Source: Octopus vulgaris
Lineage: Eukaryota
DNA length: 22,286 bases
NCBI GenBank assembly: GCA_951406725.2
Contig: CATOCA020000042.1
Coordinates: forward strand, 1-22,286
Direction: 5' to 3'
Shown: piece after piece, positions 15,542 through 22,286 of the stretch
How positions within the stretch are numbered: the first letter of the stretch is position 1
Layout: the number at the start of each line of letters is the position of its first letter
Notes under the pieces: model-generated
Databases searched by the model: none
Told to the model about the DNA's origin: nothing
Seen by the model: the letters and a program-made list of their open reading frames with translations, nothing else
Position numbers and translations under genes: made by a program

Positions 15542-15691
15542 CAAAAAGCAATGAAGATTCAAGTTAATTTAAATGAATTTACTTGAATATGGTACCTAAC
15601 TTAGATGCACCAAAAAGGAACTATACTGTTTTAACAATACAGTAATGTGGGGTGATTATAAGCGAGAAAGAAGCAACAAGAATGGATAGGT

Positions 15692-15782
15692 TTTTAGTAC
15701 AATCGTTTCATACAAGGACAGGCTTTATTAAAAGTTGCAAAAATTACAGCATATAAACGTGTCCCGTACTCATCAGCTAAAA
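15692..15782 (-). ncRNA. Type I hammerhead ribozyme (minimal helix III)
   Basis: Reverse complement of the motif at 16269-16359. Confidence 0.85.
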
Positions 15783-16268
15783 TACATGTGAGTTCTCTAG
15801 ACATCCTATTGGTTGAGGCTATACTCATGAAGTAATGTAGATAATTAAGTAACATAAACAGATTTCTAAAGTTCATTAAAGTTCTTTAAAGATGATGTAC
15901 AGTCTTATCACAGAATTTTAAAAAAGTTTTAATAGCATCACAGAGAAGGTGACCTAAAGGATTAATTCACCCTCTCTGTAATGCTAATAAGCAGGAATTG
16001 AGACACACCTCGTTGTGATTAACAATGGATAAATTTGTCGTCTGTGAGTATGTAATACCTCATCATATCTCTGGAAATTCATATGTGCACTATGGATTAG
16101 GTCACCTTCTCTGTGATGCTATTAAAACTTTTTAAAATTCTGTGATAAGACTGTACATCATCTTTAAAGAACTTTAATGAACTTTAGAAATCTGTTTATG
16201 TTACTTAATTATCTACATTACTTCATGAGTATAGCCTCAACCAATAGGATGTCTAGAGAACTCATGTA

Positions 16269-16359
16269 TTTTAGCTGATGAGTACGGGACACGTTTATAT
16301 GCTGTAATTTTTGCAACTTTTAATAAAGCCTGTCCTTGTATGAAACGATTGTACTAAAA
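16269..16359 (+). ncRNA. Type I hammerhead ribozyme (minimal helix III)
   Basis: Helix I TTTTAG/CTAAAA; core CTGATGA (16275-16281); helix II GTACGGGACA/TGTCCTTGTAT; GAAAC (16342-16346); loop GATT; cleavage triplet GTA (16351-16353). Confidence 0.85.
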
Positions 16360-16374
16360 CCTATCCATTCTTGT

Positions 16375-17164
<790 letters not shown>

Positions 17165-17243
17165 GATTGATTGATTGATTGATCCATCCAGCCTATGAGC
17201 TGTATGCTGGGGCACCGCCATTTGGTGTTGCTACTTGGTTTTA

Positions 17244-20200
17244 TCATGGGGGCTTTCTAGCAACTGCTATTTGGTGCATGAGAGAGTTCGATGCAGCTGC
17301 CCTCATCTGCCCCTCCTGCCGTGAAGTTGGTTCATCTGGGACACCTGACAGGAAGAGATCAGCTTCATTTTAAAGACATATCCACCCCATGCAGGTCTCT
17401 CAGGTTCTTCGGGAGGATATTGAAGAGCTGTGGGCCTAGGCTATCACAGAATACATCTTGATGGCAGGTTTGGAGTCCTAGGCACCACGCAGTGGCGCCC
17501 ATCTGGCATTTGTGTAACTCTCGATGCCAAAGTTCAGGACACTTCCCTCCAGGATCTTCCAGATGTATATTATGGCATATCTTTCCCGCCTACGCTCCAG
17601 GGAGTATAATTTTAATCTCTTGAGTCTTTCCCAGTAGCTTACATTCTGCATAGAGGCTATCTTCTTTGTGTAGCTTCGTTGGATCGCCTCAAGTTCTGTG
17701 ATCAACTTGACACTGGATGGTGACCATAGCTGAGAGCAATAGTCAAAGTGGCTTAGGACAAGTGTCTTCCAGAGGACCATCATGGTTTCTTGTTCTCTTG
17801 TTCTAAAGGTTCTAAGAATCCAGCCAGCCATCTACATTTCACTGTCAGTTTAGCAACATGTACATGAAAGGTCGCGTCATCACTCATGTGAATACCCAGG
17901 TCACGCACTGATTGTGCCTCTGGGATTGCAATCCCTCCGGGTCCAGTGTATTCATTGGGTATTGCATTCAGTTTTGCATGCTGATAGTATAAAGCTTGAA
18001 ACTTTCCAGCATTGAACTGCATGCTATTCTTTTCAGCCCACTTGTATATTTCGTCCAGCTCACATTGCAGGTTTTTAGTGTCCTCAGGGTTCTGTATTGC
18101 CTGTGAAACTTTTGTATCATCTGCATAACTTGTGATCGTGGATCTCTGCGTGGCTGAGGGCATGTCTGAGAGGGCCATTATGAACAGTAGTGGTCCCAAA
18201 ACAGTGCCCTGTGGAACACCACTCATTATTTGCGTGTTAATGGAAGTGGCCCCATTGGCTACTACCACCTGACTTCTATTCTTCAGAAAGTCGTGAAGCC
18301 ATTCTCCTAGTTTTCCAACTATGCCAAGATCACGCAGCCTGTGACATATCATTCCGTGATCGACTTTATCGAAGGCCTTTGCGAAGTCGAGATATATGAC
18401 TTCCACATTTGAGTGGTTGAGCAGTTGTTTCAGCACCCAGTCATAGTGCTGCAGGAGCTGAGTTAAGCAGCTTCTTCCTGGTCGGAAACCATGTTGGGTG
18501 TCAGGCAGCAAGTCATTTTCTTCAAGGAAGGTGATTAGTTTCCTTCTGACTATTCGTTCCATGACCTTGCTGATGTGTGAGGTCAGAGAGATAGGTCTGT
18601 AGTTCTTTGCCTCCGCTCTGCTACCTCCTTTATGAATAGGGCATATTTTACCTTCCTTCAGTCCCCTTGGAAGTTTGCCAGCTGCAAGGAAGCTCTGAAA
18701 GAGGGACTGCAGTGGTCTTGCTAAGACTCTCTTACATACTTTTAGGAGGATTGCCGGGAATCCATCGGGGCCAGTAGCTGAGTCTATTTTCATTTCATCT
18801 ATAGCCTTTATTACATCGTCTTCCTTTATCTCGATGTAACTTATCGTCGCCGCCTCTGATTCTATATCTGCAGTGGTAAAGAAGTCAGTTGATTGCTGAT
18901 TTGGAAATGCCCAAGGGGTGGAGTGAAAACACTCTTGAATTGTTCATTCAGTATTTCACTTACCCTCATTGGTTTTCCTGTGAGTGTGCCATCCTTTTCA
19001 AGGAGTGGCCCTATCCTACAGTGCACTGTAGCCGTTTCTTTGGCATACCTGTAGAAAGCTCTGGGGTTAGTTTTTATGTTGTCTATAGCCCAGGCTTCTT
19101 TGTCTGCTCTTTCCTTCTCATGGGAAAGTTGCAGACAATTTTCAATTTCCAACAGTTTTATTTTCAGGCGGGACTTTTCACTACTTTCAATTTGTTTGTT
19201 TAGGCGATTTGAAATTTTTGTACGCCGTCTCATTAAAATTTTCCTCTCTCTGGGGATTTTGTTCTTGTGTACAGTGGCCTTTCTCTCTGGGACACATTTG
19301 TAGCATATGGCTTGCATTACAGACATGAATTGTTGAAGTATCATGTCGATGTCCGGCGAGGAGAGACATTCAGGCCAGTTTTGTTTGAGGATCTCTTTTC
19401 AATTTGTTTCCAGTTTGCCTTATTGAAGTTCAAGCTGGAAAGATTCTGAGGGTTTCTTGTAGGCTGCATGTCCGTGCTCTCTTTTGGCCCGTACATGGTC
19501 AGCTCTACCATGTTGTGATCCGAGAGTAGTGTCGGTGTCACTTTCACATTATGGATGAGATCCATATTATTTGTGAAGCAGAGATCCAGTGTGTTACCTG
19601 CTCTGGTTGGTTGCAGTATTACTTGCTCCATGTACAGGGTGTTGGTGAGGTTCAGGAGGGACCTCGCCTGTCCACGTTCACATCTTGTCATTCCTGGGAG
19701 AGAAAGGCCCTCGGGCCATCTGACATTCGGTAGATTGAAGTCTCCCATGAGAAGTACACTTATGTGTTGTTCTAATGTGGTTAGAACTTCTTCTATTTTT
19801 AAAAGGCAGTCCTCGAACTTGCCCATATGACTTGGGGCATCTGGAGGGCGATATGTAGCACACACAACTACATCAAGTTGCCTTATGTGTACAATTAGTG
19901 TGTCACACACCGAGTTTGAGTATGACAAAAGGACCTGGGGTGTGAGGTCCCCACGGATGTACATAGCAACTCCTCCATGACTCCTTTCTTTCCTGTCGGT
20001 CCGTAGTACAACATACTGTGGTATGTGTAATTCCGCATCTGCTATGTCCGGTTTCAGATGCGTTTCTGTGAGTGCTATGCATAAGGCTTGATTGCATGCG
20101 ACAAAGTCTCTCAGGAACGGGACTTTTGTCCTGTTACTGTGTGTTAGTAAACCTCTGATGTTCAGTAGGAGCATCGAGGTGAGGTGTATGCTGTTGCCGG

Positions 20201-20318
20201 CGTTGTCCACCCTGGGTCCATCTGCTGTGGCGGTCTTGTGAACTGTGGGCAGTTCCATCTGCGAGCCTGAGCCTGATGGAGCCAGGTTAGCTGCTGTACA
20301 ATCTTTTGTGCCATGCAC
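17244..20318 (-). pseudogene. ORF2 (APE + RT) of copy 3, split by small indels
   Basis: ORFs 19341-20318, 18862-19344, 17780-18793, 17478-17831; 1-bp losses near 19397 and 18890, 4-bp loss near 17830, several deletions in 17340-17500; YADD intact. Confidence 0.92.
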
Positions 20319-20662
20319 AAAAAAGATTCCTGCTCAGCAGCTGCCCTTTCAACAACACGTTGGTGGTTTGTGGTACGCACCACATCTGCGTACCTCCGTT
20401 TTGGGGCAGGTGATGCCTGGTCCATCCCATTTCCTTTCGGTGGTTGGTTTCTGTGGCAGGGTCCCGGATGTGCAAAGCGGCAGCCTGCACCTTCCTCTCC
20501 ATGCCGGCAGGCACCTTTCAGGTAGAACCTACATACCCGTGTGCGCTGCTTGTTTCCATCCTTTTTGGCATATGGACCGTTAGGTTTGCCTCTGTCCCTG
20601 GCTGCCTTGTCCCTTGGCTTTGTCTGAGTTTTAGCTTCAGTTTTTCCTCCTTTTTGGCCTCT
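20162..20662 (-). CDS. ORF1b (CCCH zinc finger) of copy 3, stop-to-stop
   Basis: Open from TGA at 20665-20663; finger at 20533-20468; His codon CAT versus CAC in copy 2 (synonymous in this frame). Confidence 0.8.
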   Translation of the reverse strand, partial: RGQKGGKTEAKTQTKPRDKAARDRGKPNGPYAKKDGNKQRTRVCRFYLKGACRHGEEGAGCRFAHPGPCHRNQPPKGNGMDQASPAPKRRYADVVRTTNHQRVVERAAAEQESFLCMAQKIVQQLTWLHQAQARRWNCPQFTRPPQQMDPGWTTPATAYTSPRCSY

Positions 20663-21051
20663 TCATCTCCATGTCCACGGCTTTTGGAGCCGGTAGGAGC
20701 ATCCGTACCTGGGTTCACCTCCCGGGCAGGCCTATCGTTGGAGTTTTCTTCCTGGGCGTCCACCAGGTGGGGGTGACCCTCCTCATCTGCGCCCACGTCT
20801 CCATCCTTGCCATCTTTACTTTGTTCGCGTTTTTCGCTGTTAAAAATGGCATCCAGTGTGTTTATGTGCGATCTGACAAGTGCGTATGAGCGTACGAACT
20901 CTTGCCTCTTCCGCTCTATTTGTGCTGATGTCCTTTTGAATCCTTTGTTCTTTAGTGCTGCCGCAATTATGTTACTTGGACTTTCTCCGTCAGCGCATTG
21001 CCATCCTCGCAGGAACCACACCAGTTCATCACGTTTCCAAGCTCTGGACAT
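20518..21051 (-). CDS. ORF1a, 177 aa, Myb/SANT-like domain (copy 3)
   Basis: Same motif and length as 11639-12172. Confidence 0.8.
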   Translation of the reverse strand: MSRAWKRDELVWFLRGWQCADGESPSNIIAAALKNKGFKRTSAQIERKRQEFVRSYALVRSHINTLDAIFNSEKREQSKDGKDGDVGADEEGHPHLVDAQEENSNDRPAREVNPGTDAPTGSKSRGHGDEEAKKEEKLKLKLRQSQGTRQPGTEANLTVHMPKRMETSSAHGYVGST

Positions 21052-21350
21052 TCTTGATATATTATCTATCTATCTAATTATGTTAAGTAATATTAATCCA
21101 AAGTAGGGGGTAATAGAGAAAGAGAGCGTCTATGTACTTAAGGAGAGATTGGGAGCCAAGAGAAGAGAGCAGGAGAGAAGAGGAAGAGGAGAGATATTTT
21201 GTCTATCTATCTATCTATCTAGTTATATTAAGTTATATTAATCCAATAGTGCAATAGGGGGGTAGGGGGTAATAGAGAAAGAGAGCGTCCGTGCACTTAA
21301 GGAGAGATTGGGAGCCAAGAGAAGAGAGCAAGAGAGAAGAGGAAGAGGAG
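21052..21350 (-). repeat. ~160-bp tandem duplication of the ATG-proximal leader in copy 3
   Basis: TATCTATC...TATTAATCCA...TAGGGGGTAATAGAGAAAGAGAGCGTC...CTTAAGGAGAGATTGGGAGCCAAGAGAAG occurs twice; single in copy 2. Confidence 0.85.
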
Positions 21351-22077
21351 ATACTGAGTGCTGAAGGAAGATAGAGAAAGCCTCTAGAGGAGAGCTGAGA
21401 TAGACAGAGAAAGCGCAAAGGGAGAGAACCGAAGAGACAGACAGAGAGATCTAAACGAAGCTATTGGGCCAAGGAGGGGCGCAAGGGAGAGAACTGGAGA
21501 GACAGATAGAATTCTAAACGAAGCTATTGGGACATACATATGTATACACACACACACACACATGTACACACGTGTGCACATGCACATATATAGACAAGAG
21601 TAACAAGTGAGTATATAAAGAGACAATAATAATAATGAAACATATATAGGCATATATTACAAAACATATATAAACATATATTACAAAGTAATAATAGTAA
21701 GAGATTATAAGACAATAATAATAATAAAAATGAAAAATAAAATAAAATAAAACAGCTGAAAGAAAAGAAAAGAAAGAAAGAAAAAACAGGCCAGGAGGTT
21801 TTACAGAGTTTATATATATATATGTAGTATATACATACGCACATATATATATATAACACACACACATATATTTAACAAGTGATAATAATAATAGATAATA
21901 AAATAGTGTAATAATACATTTGTCCGCCGCAACAGACAAATTCTTCTATAACAAAACTATAACTAATTGCGACTATACCTTTAATAATAATTAAAACAGC
22001 TGAAAGAAAACACGCCAAGAAATGGCAATATATATTTATTTTAAGATAAACTAATGTCTCTTAAGATAAACTACAAT

Positions 22078-22286
22078 ACGATTCTACTACTAACACACAC
22101 ACACACATGCACGTATATATAGATATATGCGCACATACATATATAAACAGAGTAACAGGTAATTTATAGATAATAGATTTAACGAAATTAACAGTAACAA
22201 GAATTTGTGATACGTTTTTGCAAGGATATAAACGATTCTACTACTAACACACACACACACATGCACGTATATACTAACACACACAC
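22078..22286. repeat. Direct repeat with (CA)n core, 154-bp spacing
   Basis: ACGATTCTACTACTAACACACACACACACATGCACGTATATA at 22078 and 22232. Confidence 0.8.

Larger units (their letters stand above)
17165..22012 (-). mobile_element. Family B LINE copy 3, essentially full length (5' limit uncertain, 21766 to window end)
   Basis: (GATT)n tail at 17165-17183, 3' UTR, ORF2, ORF1b, ORF1a and leader shared with copy 2; GCTGAAAGAAAA(CA), the 5' end of copy 2, occurs at 21755 and 21999. Confidence 0.93.

Noticed and set aside
15694-15876. 60-aa ORF in the inverted repeat as a Penelope GIY-YIG remnant
   Set aside because: No GIY-YIG or RT motif; overlaps the ribozyme

Overview
Eukaryotic, repeat-saturated window with no recognisable host gene; an invertebrate is likely, and the repeat style is reminiscent of octopus, though that is inference only. 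It holds four CR1-group non-LTR retrotransposon copies of two families, each abutting long (TA)n tracts at every end that can be resolved. Family A is one degraded, 5'-truncated copy (383-2625, +). Family B has three closely related copies (about 3163-6845 +, 8682-13163 -, 17165-about 22012 -). Family B has an unusual three-frame 5' architecture: a 177-aa ORF with an N-terminal Myb/SANT (trihelix-like) domain, then an ATG-less -1-frame ORF carrying a CCCH zinc finger, then the APE-endonuclease/RT ORF in a further -1 frame. Each overlap opens just upstream of a slippery-type heptamer (G_GAA_AAA, U_UUU_UUG), suggesting two successive programmed -1 frameshifts. Between copies 2 and 3 lie a non-autonomous Helitron, a piggyBac-type terminus, a 14-bp-TIR element, and a ~285-bp inverted repeat whose arms each contain a type I hammerhead ribozyme (Penelope pLTR/retrozyme-like). 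All long IY-repeat ORFs are microsatellite artefacts, and some junction sequence looks like assembly-consensus mosaic.
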